Shown here piece after piece: positions 24,301 to 35,485 of a stretch of DNA of 64,000 bases. The notes under the pieces are model-generated. The model made no database searches. It had not been told where the DNA came from and saw nothing but the letters and a program-made list of their open reading frames with translations. The DNA is from Epithemia pelagica. Its lineage: Eukaryota > Protista > Bacillariophyta. The stretch spans positions 3,100,001 to 3,164,000 of the forward strand of contig OX337235.1 of the NCBI GenBank assembly GCA_946965045.2, given 5' to 3'. The stretch's first letter is position 1. Each line of letters opens with the position of its first letter. Made by a program: the position numbers and the translations under genes.

Positions 24301-27076
24301 GAATTGCATTTGGAAGGCAACTTGGGCATTAACGGGAGTGTTCCTGCAGCATTGGCCTCGTTAACACAAATCCGTGCCATTCACATTGAAAAGACTGGAT
24401 TGACCGGTTCCATTCCTGATCCAGTGTGTACCTTATACAATACCACAATGGCTAGACCACCAATCGCGTACGCTGATTGTGGCGATCATGATGACGGCGC
24501 ACCCTGTTTCCAATGGTGCTGTACCGATTCTACATTGGAGGATGATTGTACGTGTCGGTTCCCCACAGGCGACTCGAGATGCTTCTCATCTTTGGGGCCG
24601 ACGGGATATCCTCCCTTTGTGACTGAAGCCGGTCAAGCCTTGTACGATTTGATTGTCGAGAATTCCGCCGACAATGGTGCGGCTGTGGACATTCTCAATA
24701 CACCGCAACATCGAGCCTATTTGTGGAGCCAAAACATTGATGTACGGACCCAAAGTGTCAATGATGCTCGCAAATTACAACGCTTTCGTCTCATGGTCTT
24801 TTATTACGCCACCAACGGTCCCACCGATTGGACCGAACAAGGCTTTTGGGCCAGTCCACAACAAGACGAATGCAATTGGGAATTTGGCCAGGTCGGTGGG
24901 GAACTCTCGTGCAATGGAGCAGGAGAAGTGACAATCTTGGAATTGGTCAATGTCGGCATGACAGGAACCTTGGTGCCAGAATTGAGTGAAATGACATCCT
25001 TGCGAGAGTTGGTCTTGGACAATACCGGTAAACCAGATACAGGCTTGGTGGGTGGAATTCCCGATTCCTTGGGCAATTTGGAAAATTTGAACGTTGTGAA
25101 AATCGTGGGCAACTTTTTCGATACTCCCTTATCTGATTCCCTCTTTACCAAATGGACCCGACTCGTGACGTTGAATCTCAGTCGCAATCAGCTTCCGGGA
25201 TCCATTCCTTCCTCCGTGTCCTTCTTGACACAAGTTCGACAATTCCATTTGGGAGAAAATCAATTGACGGGACCCTTACCCTCCCAAGTTCAGTTTATGA
25301 CGCGTGCCACCCTCTTTATTGTCGCCAACAATCAATTGCGATCCAGTGTCCCCAGTCTCTTGGCCCTTACCGAACTTCTAACACTCCGATTGGACAATAA
25401 CAACTTTTCGGGTAGTTTTCCCGCCATTTCCACCCTGACCCAACTACAAGCCAATTTGGACTTGTCCAACAATGGCTTTTCCGGTGGGATTCCCAATTCC
25501 ATTGGCAATCATGTCAATTTGCGAAGTTTGAATTTGAAAAATAGCGGTTTCGACGGACCCTTGCCCACAGGATTTGATAAATTGTCCAAATTGCGCAATT
25601 TGGACTTGTCGGGAAATCCCGGCTTGACGGGGACCGTACCCGGTGGTGTGTGTGACAATTTGGAGTTTGCCACAGCAACTGGTTCCGGATCGGCTATTGT
25701 GGATTGTGGAGTCGAGGATACCTGCTCACCTGCCCAAAATGTGTGTTGTTCGTGTTGCGAATGTGCAACATATGGGATTGATACTACTACCAAATTGTTT
25801 GAGTTGATTGCCATGAATTCTGGAGACAATGGGACGGCCGTTGTGTATCAACCCGATTCTCCCCAACAACGAGCCTTTTTGTGGTTGCAAAATGTCGATA
25901 CCCTGACACGAAACAGTCTCCAACAACGGAGAGAACGACGACTGAACCAAAGTCCCAAGGACCGTAGTCGTCGTCGTGGGAATCCTGTGGCGGAATCCAA
26001 TCGATTGCTCCGTAGTAGTAGTTTCCAAGACGACAACGGCGAGGATTCTGTTCGACGACTGACGGGTCCTATTACGGACATTCAAATTGTGCAACGATAT
26101 CGATTAATGGCCTTTTTCTATGCCAGCAATGGTGATACGACCTGGACCAATTCCGCCTTTTTTGGCAGTCCCGACAAGCAGGAATGTGACTGGGACTTTA
26201 ATCAAGATGAGGTCCAACTCAAGATTGATTGTTTACCACGCGTGTTTACCAATCCTGATACGGATGAGGATGAAACGGTCCAAGTGGTGGTGCGGTTGAT
26301 TCTCCAAGACAATCATGTCACGGGTCAATTGGTTCCGGAATTGGGCGATATGACCACCTTGACGGAATTAATCATTGACAATTCCGATTCGGACGTTGGC
26401 ATGACGGGTGGTATTCCAGAATCCTTTGGTCAATTGCATCGCATGACCAAGTTTTTCCCAACCCTTACCCTCCAACTTGTTGAACAATTGGACCGATTTG
26501 GTCATTTTCAATGTGGGTCGGAATCGGCTGCCCGGTCTCATTCCCACATTGGGACCGCACTTGGAGACCATGACGCAATTCAATCTGGCCAACAATGCCT
26601 TGACGGGTGCCATTCCACCGACCATTTCCTTTTTGAAAGGCCTCTCGTTGTTGACCCTGTCCAACAATGACTTGGAGGGAGACGTGCCGCCAGAATTGTC
26701 GAGTCTGTCCCAACTTCGCAGCTTGACCTTGGACAATAACAAACTGACGGGTCCCTTTCCCGATGTGTCGACCATGGTCGAACTAAAGGCACAATTGGAT
26801 CTTTCCAACAATTTGTTTTCCGGTCCCATTCCCAGTACGGCCTTGAACAATAACGTCAAGCTACCGGACCTGTCGCCCTTACTCAATTTGCGCACGTTGG
26901 ATTTGTCGGGTAATCCACTCTTGACCGGAACAGTGTCCGAACCATTTTGTACCAATGTGGAGAAATTTGCCAGTGCCTATGGAAATGTCATGTGTGTTCC
27001 CGGTCATGTCAATGACCAATGTCCAAGTGAACCAACGGCCTTGGTCTGTTGTGCTTGCTGTGCCTGTGTCGTATAG
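21367..27076 (+). pseudogene. Giant four-module (A-B-C-D) secreted LRR gene, disrupted
   Basis: Signal peptide MNRLLMLLLIAGLVAGSMA. Relative to its paralogs: -1 at about 22885, -2 at about 23178 (frame restored), in-frame TGA 23233-23235, a net 23-nt deletion at about 26455, and an in-frame 42-nt deletion near 26860. The modules match the 28271, 12691 and 18217 genes. Confidence 0.8.
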
Positions 27077-28270
27077 GTACCACCCGCCACTACTCCAGCG
27101 CCAGTGGCCAGTTCGGTACCCACGACATCACCCGCCGCTCCTTCGGGCGATGTGGGAGCGTAACAGGTCGTGGTGGTGCGGTTGCTCTAAGTGCTTTTTC
27201 CATCCTACCACATGTCGGGGTTGTGGAACGTCCGGCTTGGCATGAACAGAGTATTGTCTCCCGACCCATTGCCTACCTACTCCGAGGGGACCTTCACCGA
27301 ATCGCAAGATTGCGTGTTGGCAATCCAGTATCTTTGTACGATTATTTCATAATCATTCATCCAATCTATTATAGAATCTCTCTCTTTCTCTTGTATACAC
27401 TGCAAGCAATGACAAGCCTTCCACCTCTAGAGGGACAAACAGCATTCTTTACACCGATAGACATTTGATGCGTTATGCTTGTTGTGTCATGGTATAATAC
27501 GTGATTGAAAATGAGGCCGGTAGCTCAGTCCTGTGGGACGGACGATAGACAGACGAAATGCCACACCATGCCCGGCGCCCAGCCGACTTTTTTACGGTCC
27601 ACGCGCAGTCACAGACATGGACCCAACGCGTTGGCGCAGCAGGGGGGCTCTCTATTATTAGAGATTGCGTTGCGCAAAATGGACCGCGAACACCAAACTT
27701 GCAAAATTGTCTCCCCCATCTTTTTCCCTCCCAAAATCAGTGTTCTGTTGTTGCTAATAGCTTTGTGTTGTTTGAAGAGCGTGGTTCTGTATCCTCAACC
27801 TACTACTACACCATTATTTCTCTCATCTGTGAGAGTAAACGACTTTTGGTACAACAACACCGCTTTGCTTGTTCTTGTTGGACAATCGCACAGCATTGCA
27901 AAACTCAAAGCAACGGCGGATTGGGTCGTCCTTCGTTCTGTACTTCATTATTCTCCCTTCTTTTGGTGTTTGACAAGGACGCGACAGTCGTCCGTTTGAT
28001 CTGACAAAGAAAAAACGCCAACACTACAGCCAACACCACGGACCCTATATACGTCACTACCCTCCAAGACTACAGAAAGCGCCAATCGTAGTGGGAGGAA
28101 AACTTGAACCGAAACATCGAATCTTTCTAGTCTTGGATCAGGAGCTTGCATTCGAAGGACTCTGAACAAGATACCCACACAGTGTCACCAGAAAGAGAGT
28201 GACACACCTCTAATATACCAGCAGTATCAGGAGCAGCAACCACCACAACCACCACCATAACAACACAAAA

Positions 28271-30628
28271 ATGGGCAAAGATCCCTTTCAAGACGAGCAC
28301 GAGTCTTCGTCGGAAGATGATGACGATGATGAGAGCAGTAGTGGGGAAGACGACAGCAGTAGTGGAGAGGACGATGATGATTCATCCTCGGAAGGTTCCA
28401 GTTCGTCGGGGGAAGACGACGATGACGACGATGGTAGCGGCTCCGAGTACGAAGACGACGATGACGACGACAACGAGGATGACGACAAGCGAAAACCACC
28501 CACCACACCGGATCAAGACCGAAGCGATACAGCGAAACGAGACAAGCGTCCTGGATCCGGACGGTTTTCCGGTGCCGCCATGGGGTTGTTTGGCAAGCGT
28601 CAAAAAGAACATCAAGACGACGACGACGACGAAAATGACAAGAAGAGTCGCGATGCCTTTCATGATGAAGGGGATGATGATGATGACGATGAGGATGACT
28701 CGCGTCGTCGTGGAAACTGGGATGACGACGACGATGATGATCCCGAAGTTCCCGAAAAGGCACGTGATGATACCAAGAACAAGCGTGGATCCGTCACCAA
28801 GGAGTCGGCCGATTATGCACGAGGCAAATGGATTGTCTTGGCCGTGGCTGCAATCTTGCTCGTGATTGGTATTGTTGTGGTGGTGGCCGTGGTGGTGGCC
28901 ATGAAAGATAGTGACGACAAGGAAAAGGAAAGTTCCCCGTCACCGTCCGTTTCGGCGGCACCCTCACTGTCGGCCGTCCCTACCATTTCTCCGGCACCCT
29001 CGGTATCCTTACAACCGTCGGGTATACCGACCTTGTCCAATGCTCCCAGTATTTCGGCGGAACCCTCCTTGTCGGATCATCCCTCTGCTTCCCCCACCAT
29101 GTCATCGGCACCGACATCAGAGGGTGGTGGCATTCCCACCTTTCCAGCTCCTCCCACCACCCCGGCACCGACCATTTCGGCAGCGCCGACGCAATCGCCC
29201 GTGACCAATACACCGACTGCGACACCGGTCCGTCCTGATTTTGTCGTGACGGCCGAATTGTTTGATTTGGTCGTGGCCACCTCCGCCGACAATGGTGCAG
29301 CTGTTCGGACCATAGGATCGCCGCAACAACAAGCCTATGTCTGGTTGGAATCGGACGTCCAAGCCGCCCGCAATCGACGCTTGCGACAACAAGAACAAGA
29401 ACAACACGAACGTGAACAAGAACACCGTACTACGGGGCACACCAACCCGTCGCTTGCCACGCGTGACTTGTTGGCTGATTTGCATCCCTTTCGACGCTTA
29501 CAACGGTACAGTCTCATGACGCTCTTTTATGCCACAAATGGACCTACGGAGTGGAACAATAAGGCAAGTTTTGGTGATACCGACGAATCGGAGTGTCTTT
29601 GGGGTTTCAATAATATTTTGGTGGATTGTGAGACGCAAACGTTTGATTGGGAAGAGACCAATCCGGATGGGACCACCAACGTTACCTCGATACAAGAAGA
29701 GGTGCTGATCAAATTGGAATTGGCCAACAATCGTGTCACGGGAAATTTGGTGGCAGAAGTGGCCCAATTGACGTCGTTGAAGATCTTGGTGATTGACAAT
29801 ACAGCCAATTCCGACGCGGGATTGACGGGTGGCATTCCCGCTGAATGGAGTGCCTTGATCAATTTGGAACAGGTCAAAATTATTGCCAATCAATTCACCG
29901 AACCGTTACCTGCCGACTTGACAAGAAATTGGTCCCAATTGCAACGATTGAACTTGGCCCGCAATCAATTGCCGGGACCCTTACCAACCTCCTTGACTGG
30001 AAGCAATCATCCTCAATTGCAACAAATCATTGTAATCGGCAATCAATTGACGGGTGTCTTGACTGGCATTGCCACCATCACGACCTTGACCCAACTGGTC
30101 TTGAACGACAATTTGTTTGAAGGCGAGTTGCCACCCGAATTAGGCGATTTGCAATCGCTCAAGAGCTTGCGATTGGGTGGGAATCGTTTTTCGGGGAATT
30201 TCCCCTCCTTTGTTTCGACGCTCACCGAGTTGAAAGCCGAATGTGACTTGAGTCGCAATCTATTTTCCGGAGTCATTCCCAATGATGCCTTTGCTGATTT
30301 GACAAACTTGCAACAATTATTCTTACAGGACAGTGGGTTTGGTGGACCTTTACCTACCAGTTTGGATCAATTGACCAAAATGCGTCGCTTAAACGTGGCC
30401 AGTCAACGGACGACGCCCGATCCACCGGGTCCCTTTCGAGGGGACGTTCCCCCACCACTCTGTACCAGTGTGTCCGAAACGGCCAACAATGCCTATGTTT
30501 ATGTCTTTTGTGAGAATCCCGATGACGATCCCGCTGATGACACAACTTGCGATCGGACAGTATCGGTTTGTTGTGCGTGTTGTACCTGTTTGCCCCCTCC
30601 CGACAATCCCGATATTGGTCCCACCTAA
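28271..30628 (+). CDS. Type-II membrane LRR protein, module A
   Basis: Acidic N-terminus, TM WIVLAVAAILLVIGIVVVVAVVVAM, stalk, LRRs, CCACCTC cap; 785 aa, intact. Confidence 0.9.
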   Translation: MGKDPFQDEHESSSEDDDDDESSSGEDDSSSGEDDDDSSSEGSSSSGEDDDDDDGSGSEYEDDDDDDNEDDDKRKPPTTPDQDRSDTAKRDKRPGSGRFSGAAMGLFGKRQKEHQDDDDDENDKKSRDAFHDEGDDDDDDEDDSRRRGNWDDDDDDDPEVPEKARDDTKNKRGSVTKESADYARGKWIVLAVAAILLVIGIVVVVAVVVAMKDSDDKEKESSPSPSVSAAPSLSAVPTISPAPSVSLQPSGIPTLSNAPSISAEPSLSDHPSASPTMSSAPTSEGGGIPTFPAPPTTPAPTISAAPTQSPVTNTPTATPVRPDFVVTAELFDLVVATSADNGAAVRTIGSPQQQAYVWLESDVQAARNRRLRQQEQEQHEREQEHRTTGHTNPSLATRDLLADLHPFRRLQRYSLMTLFYATNGPTEWNNKASFGDTDESECLWGFNNILVDCETQTFDWEETNPDGTTNVTSIQEEVLIKLELANNRVTGNLVAEVAQLTSLKILVIDNTANSDAGLTGGIPAEWSALINLEQVKIIANQFTEPLPADLTRNWSQLQRLNLARNQLPGPLPTSLTGSNHPQLQQIIVIGNQLTGVLTGIATITTLTQLVLNDNLFEGELPPELGDLQSLKSLRLGGNRFSGNFPSFVSTLTELKAECDLSRNLFSGVIPNDAFADLTNLQQLFLQDSGFGGPLPTSLDQLTKMRRLNVASQRTTPDPPGPFRGDVPPPLCTSVSETANNAYVYVFCENPDDDPADDTTCDRTVSVCCACCTCLPPPDNPDIGPT

Positions 30629-31136
30629 ACGTAACTATCGCCGCCCCCGAAACACCAGCAAATTGAGAACGCGTTAACCAACGGCATACCATCACCCTAA
30701 ACAATATACACACGCACTGTAAAACTAGAGCAGGGATCTTCATGACTTGTTGTTCTTTAGGAAATGGATCCATGTGCCTTGGCTACAACACTTCAGAATT
30801 CGAGAAACCCACGGAAATAACGTCGTGTGGTAGGTTTTTCGAGTCGATCCACCACAGGGTAGTTGAGGGACGAGTTACGGCGTATTATGTGGTCGTACCA
30901 ATCCCTCTGATAAACACTTATTCTCAGAGACTACCTAGGAAGATACATTGTCGATATAATCCTTGAAATAAGAATAATATTATTTGGTACGTACTGAAAG
31001 GGACAAGGACATCGGAGTGGCACGAAAGTCTAATTTGGATCCAATTCCAATGGGTCGGTATTGTCTAAGCGCAATGGATAGAGCACGTAGCAAGGCGCGC
31101 GCGAGAGCGTTCGGTAATCGGCGTGCGAACTGCGAG

Positions 31137-31289
31137 TAAGAAAACCCGTCCGTTGAGCATACGGAGCACCGTCATGGGTGCACGGGTACAAAAGTCATTC
31201 CAAACAAAGAAGTGAACTAAAATATAGGTTACAGAGTCACTACTCCCTATCTTCTCGATTTTCATACGTACGACATACATACTTTCTTA
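31137..31289 (-). repeat. 3' LTR (153 bp)
   Basis: TAAGAAA...TTTCTTA; identical to 37842-37994. Confidence 0.97.
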
Positions 31290-31418
31290 GTCCCCTCAAA
31301 CAGTACTCGACCCAATTGAGAACTGTTTGCCATCCCAGAAGTAAGTGTATTCGGGCCAACTAGCCCAGGAAACCTCAAGACCTGCACAAAACCTCATAAA
31401 CAATGATGAGGAAAGGAC

Positions 31419-34400
31419 TCACTCTGGGGATCCATGATCATCAGTAATATCCCAAAGGACCAGACTCAACAAATGATTGCGTTTCTGTCCTCCTGGAATC
31501 ACCTTGGTGGCCAAATCGGCTGGATTATGCTGCGTGGGAATATGTGTAGTCAACAATTCACCCATGGCAACGGCTTCTCTGACAGCATGATAGCAAATAG
31601 AATTGGACTTCTTCTTCAGCGATGATTCCGGCTTCGATGTATTATGAATCACGGACATGTTATCACCATAAACATATGTAGGACCAGACAACGGCACTCC
31701 CATCATCCGTAATTTGTAGCGTAGTCCCCTGACGGCCTCCATGCCCGTCTTCATTGCGACAAACTCAGCTCCAAAAACGGATGTTTCGATGGTCGCTTGT
31801 CGCTTGGTATACCACATAATAGGTGCCATATTCATAAAGATGAAGAATCCAGTTCTAGATCGCCGTACCATCTTGTCACCAGCATGATCCGAGTCAACAT
31901 ACAGCCGCAGATCCACTTCTTTACCACGTGCCTTTGGTGCATTCGGTGGAACTGCCTCCTTTACATCGCCGTAGAACTCCTTCCAGTCGCAATCTTCACG
32001 AAATTCTCGGAGGTCTATCTCGGGATAGGTCGGATCAAATGCCATCCTGGCATTGTGCTTGATTTTCAAATAGGAATACATATGGAACACTGCTTCCAAA
32101 TGTCCTTGTCGTGGACTTGCCACTTGGGATGCTAACAATGATGTTTCGGTCATGATATCCACCCTTCCCAGTTCAACCATCCATCTGAGGACGCCAATCT
32201 GGGACTGGTAGAACGACACCTCGTCTTCATTCAGTTGATCTGTCACGTCCAGAACTGGGTCATATTCTGATGGGAACGGAGTCGCCGCGCGTCTTGCGAG
32301 CTTGCGGCCGCCACACTCGCGTTCCAAATACGTCTCAACATTCGAAACAGCTTCTTGTACATACTTGCTCGAATTTATAGCCCAACTGACAACGGAATTG
32401 GGCATGGTCATGGGCTTAAGCTTCCCTCCAAGGTACATGTCAGGATTTCCGATCGAGCCCGGCTTCATAGGGAAGAAATGATCTAACTCGTGTAACATCG
32501 CAGTCGCATCGTGCGATATGGCCAAGACATCGTCTACGTACAGCAATACATAGGCGTTGTACTTGTGACCGTCACTCGGACGTGTCATAGGCTTCATCCA
32601 CAAGTCTCGATCAGCACCCAAGCACGGATCGTACCCAAGAGTTCTCATACAACTCGCAAGGTGGTTGCGGAAACTTGCACCGGCACTCTTTAACCCATAC
32701 AATGCTCGTACAATATATGCACGCTTCCCAGCGTTGGACCCGAACTCGGGGCCCAGTACAGTCCAGATTTTCTCACTGTTCGGCGCAGTTAAATAAGCAT
32801 TCTTGATGTCGGACGTTTTGACCTCTAGGTCGTTGAGAGCGGCAATAGTGAGGGCAATACGAACACTTTCTCGAGATACAACACTGGCATAAGTCAATGT
32901 TGCTGGTGCCTCTGTTGTGTGTCCGCCCGCTACAAACCGTGCCTTTCTCCTGAAATCTTCCATTTTTACGTCGAAAACCATGTGGCATCGGATCTCCTGG
33001 AAGCCAGGAGCTGGTTTCTCGTCGTCTTCCATCAACTTGAACGCCACTCGAACAGCTTCCATCTCTTTCTCGATGGCCTTTCGCCACAAGTCGTTGCCAT
33101 TCCTTCTGTCAAGTTTGTATGCTTCGGCAACAGTCTTGGGGATTTCGATCCCAAACTTGTGCGTCCGCTTGTGGTAGCGGCTGTTGACGGCGGCGAGTAT
33201 CCGATCTCGTCGTCGGAGGAATTTACTCACCCACCAATCAAACGCTGGCTCGTTTTCAATCTGCTTTGCGATGGCGTACTCCGCCACTTCAATCGGATTT
33301 GATTCCTTCAGTCCGGCCAGGCGCTCCCAGGACGTTGATCCGTCGCGCCACTGGACGCACAACTCCCACCCTTTCGTCGTCTTCTTGCTGTGCTTCCGTC
33401 CTCGGACAACAACGTAGCGGTTATCGTGGTCGACAGCGGCTTTGGTCTTGCGATGGTCAACAATGCTGTCCAACAGCAAGAATTGGTTTCCCTCGGCATC
33501 GCACTGCGCATACATATTTTCCGCGATGACATTCGCGGCATACTCAGACGTCTCGCCGTCTGGAAACTCAACAACATAAACTCTCGAGTCTAGAATCGGG
33601 TTGTGGGACGACGTCCCCTTGAGACGGCCATCGCTGGTCTTGGACCGTCTTTTCACCTTGCCCGTCACCATTGCATCACCCTTCGGCAACAAGACGTCGG
33701 CTCCAACGTAGTTATCGTAGGTGTCTGGTGTGATGTCGTCAATGTCGGGTGCAATCGGTGGCTTGGGGTCATCATCGTCTTCATACGCCTCGTAGGTCGG
33801 CGTTTCCACATCAACTAGACCATCGTAGTCTTCGACTTTAGCTACACTGCCTAACTTCTCGTTGACCTTGCTCGTGTAGTCTTTTCTCTTCTCTATTTCA
33901 GTCGGGTCACGGATTTCATCGTCCGTCAGATGTCGGTAGGTCGAGCGAATCTTGATCATTCCTGACTCGGCTAGGATCTTAATTGCATGTGCGGGTCCCA
34001 TGTCCGTCGCAGGACCTAGGTACCTACCCAGTTTCTCCTTGTCTTCCGGGTAGTTGGCCGCTGAGTCGTAGTAATAAACCCAGTCGTACCACCCATATCC
34101 AGCCAAGAGTGAAATGTCGAAGGTCTCCCCGTACATTGCCGTTTCCGGGACTTGACCTGACAGCTCGAAATTACTATGACATGTAGCCGATCTGATATAG
34201 GCTTCCAACTCGAGGCAATGATCCCACAATACCTTGGGAGATTTAGTTGAGACCAATTTCCGTCCAGTACCACGCTTCAACTCCCTAATTGCACTCTCAG
34301 CCGCATTTGCCCATGGAGTATAGGGCTCCAACTGTTTCACTCGACAACCAGCCTCTCTAGACTTCTTCCTGAACTTGCCCTTGACCTGTTCCGCGGCACC

Positions 34401-35482
34401 ATCCATGATTAGTTCCGGTGGACGGCCTTCCCTCTGGAGCAACAACGACAAAGCTTCGTGTGCATCGCCTTTCGAGGCCAGAGGGTACGCTCTAGTCCAT
34501 CCATTCCTTGCCGTGAAGACTTGGGCACAAGTATTACCCAGCCTAGACTTCACCTTCGAAAACATAGTGTCCGTGAATAAGGGATGAGGCAATGGCCGGT
34601 ATCGGTGAAACCGGTCGTTCGTCGTGAACCTCTTGGTCAGGGGGTTCAATGTGGTACGTAGACCACGTTGCGTCGTCACTCGAAGGGTATCCGCTGCACG
34701 TTCCAATCCACATCCCCATCGACGTGCCAAAGTCTTGGCATCGATAGCTTTTCCAGAAGGGGTAGTTTGTGTTACGGAAAGAGTCGCCACGCGTGCTTGC
34801 AGAGCAGTCGCGAAGCATGCGGTTTCCGACGGTCGCGAATCAGAAAGCAAAGTCGTGAAAGGGTCATTGGGTCCCCTTGAGCGAACGGTGGAAATCGATC
34901 GTTGGAGGGCCGCTCGGGCCGACATTTCATCCCGAGCGAAAGAGTCATCTTGGGGTCCCACGGCGGGTCGGGACTAGTCAAATCAAAGCGACGACATGAA
35001 GCATATTCCTCGGAAGTGGGGGTCCTCGTAGGGAAATAGGAAGTGACACCACATAAATCAAGGGGTATCACAAATTCCTCATCGTCCTGATCTTTCAGGA
35101 CCAGTGCGTGTGTCTTATTGTCGGGATTATCGGTCAAGAATTTCGGTTGGTCCGAAACTTGCACGTCATTCATCCACAACTGCATAGGGCACAGGAGGTT
35201 GTGAGTAAGCGATGGTATATAAATGGCCTGGTTCACGAGTAGGATCAATACTTCACCGGTATCGGGGCAATCGTAAGCTAGAGCCGCACTTATAGTCTTG
35301 CAACTCTTGTGAACCACGCCCTGAGAAGAATCATATCCCTTGACATCCACAGGGCGGCCATAGTCCTGTACAACCATCGCAGACCTTCCAACAACACACG
35401 TGTCCGCATGACTATCAAGCTCGGTACGAGACTTGCCCTCGTCGGACGTGTCAACCGCACCGACACGCACTGAGCGGACCAC
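31419..35482 (-). CDS. pol: Copia pol (protease, integrase, chromo-like segment, RT, RNase H) with one 1-bp frameshift
   Basis: Protease ELDSHADTCVVG; integrase FTDTMF...IMDGAAE...AESAIRELK; RT LLYVDDVL; RNase H LYVDSDHAGD. The two ORFs join if the G4 run at 34952-34955 were G5. Confidence 0.93.
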
Positions 35483-35485
35483 CGC

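Noticed and set aside
12644-30773. Many overlapping or antisense ORFs over the LRR genes
   Set aside because: Shadow frames of low-complexity GAY/GAR-rich and LRR coding sequence, with no independent motifs.
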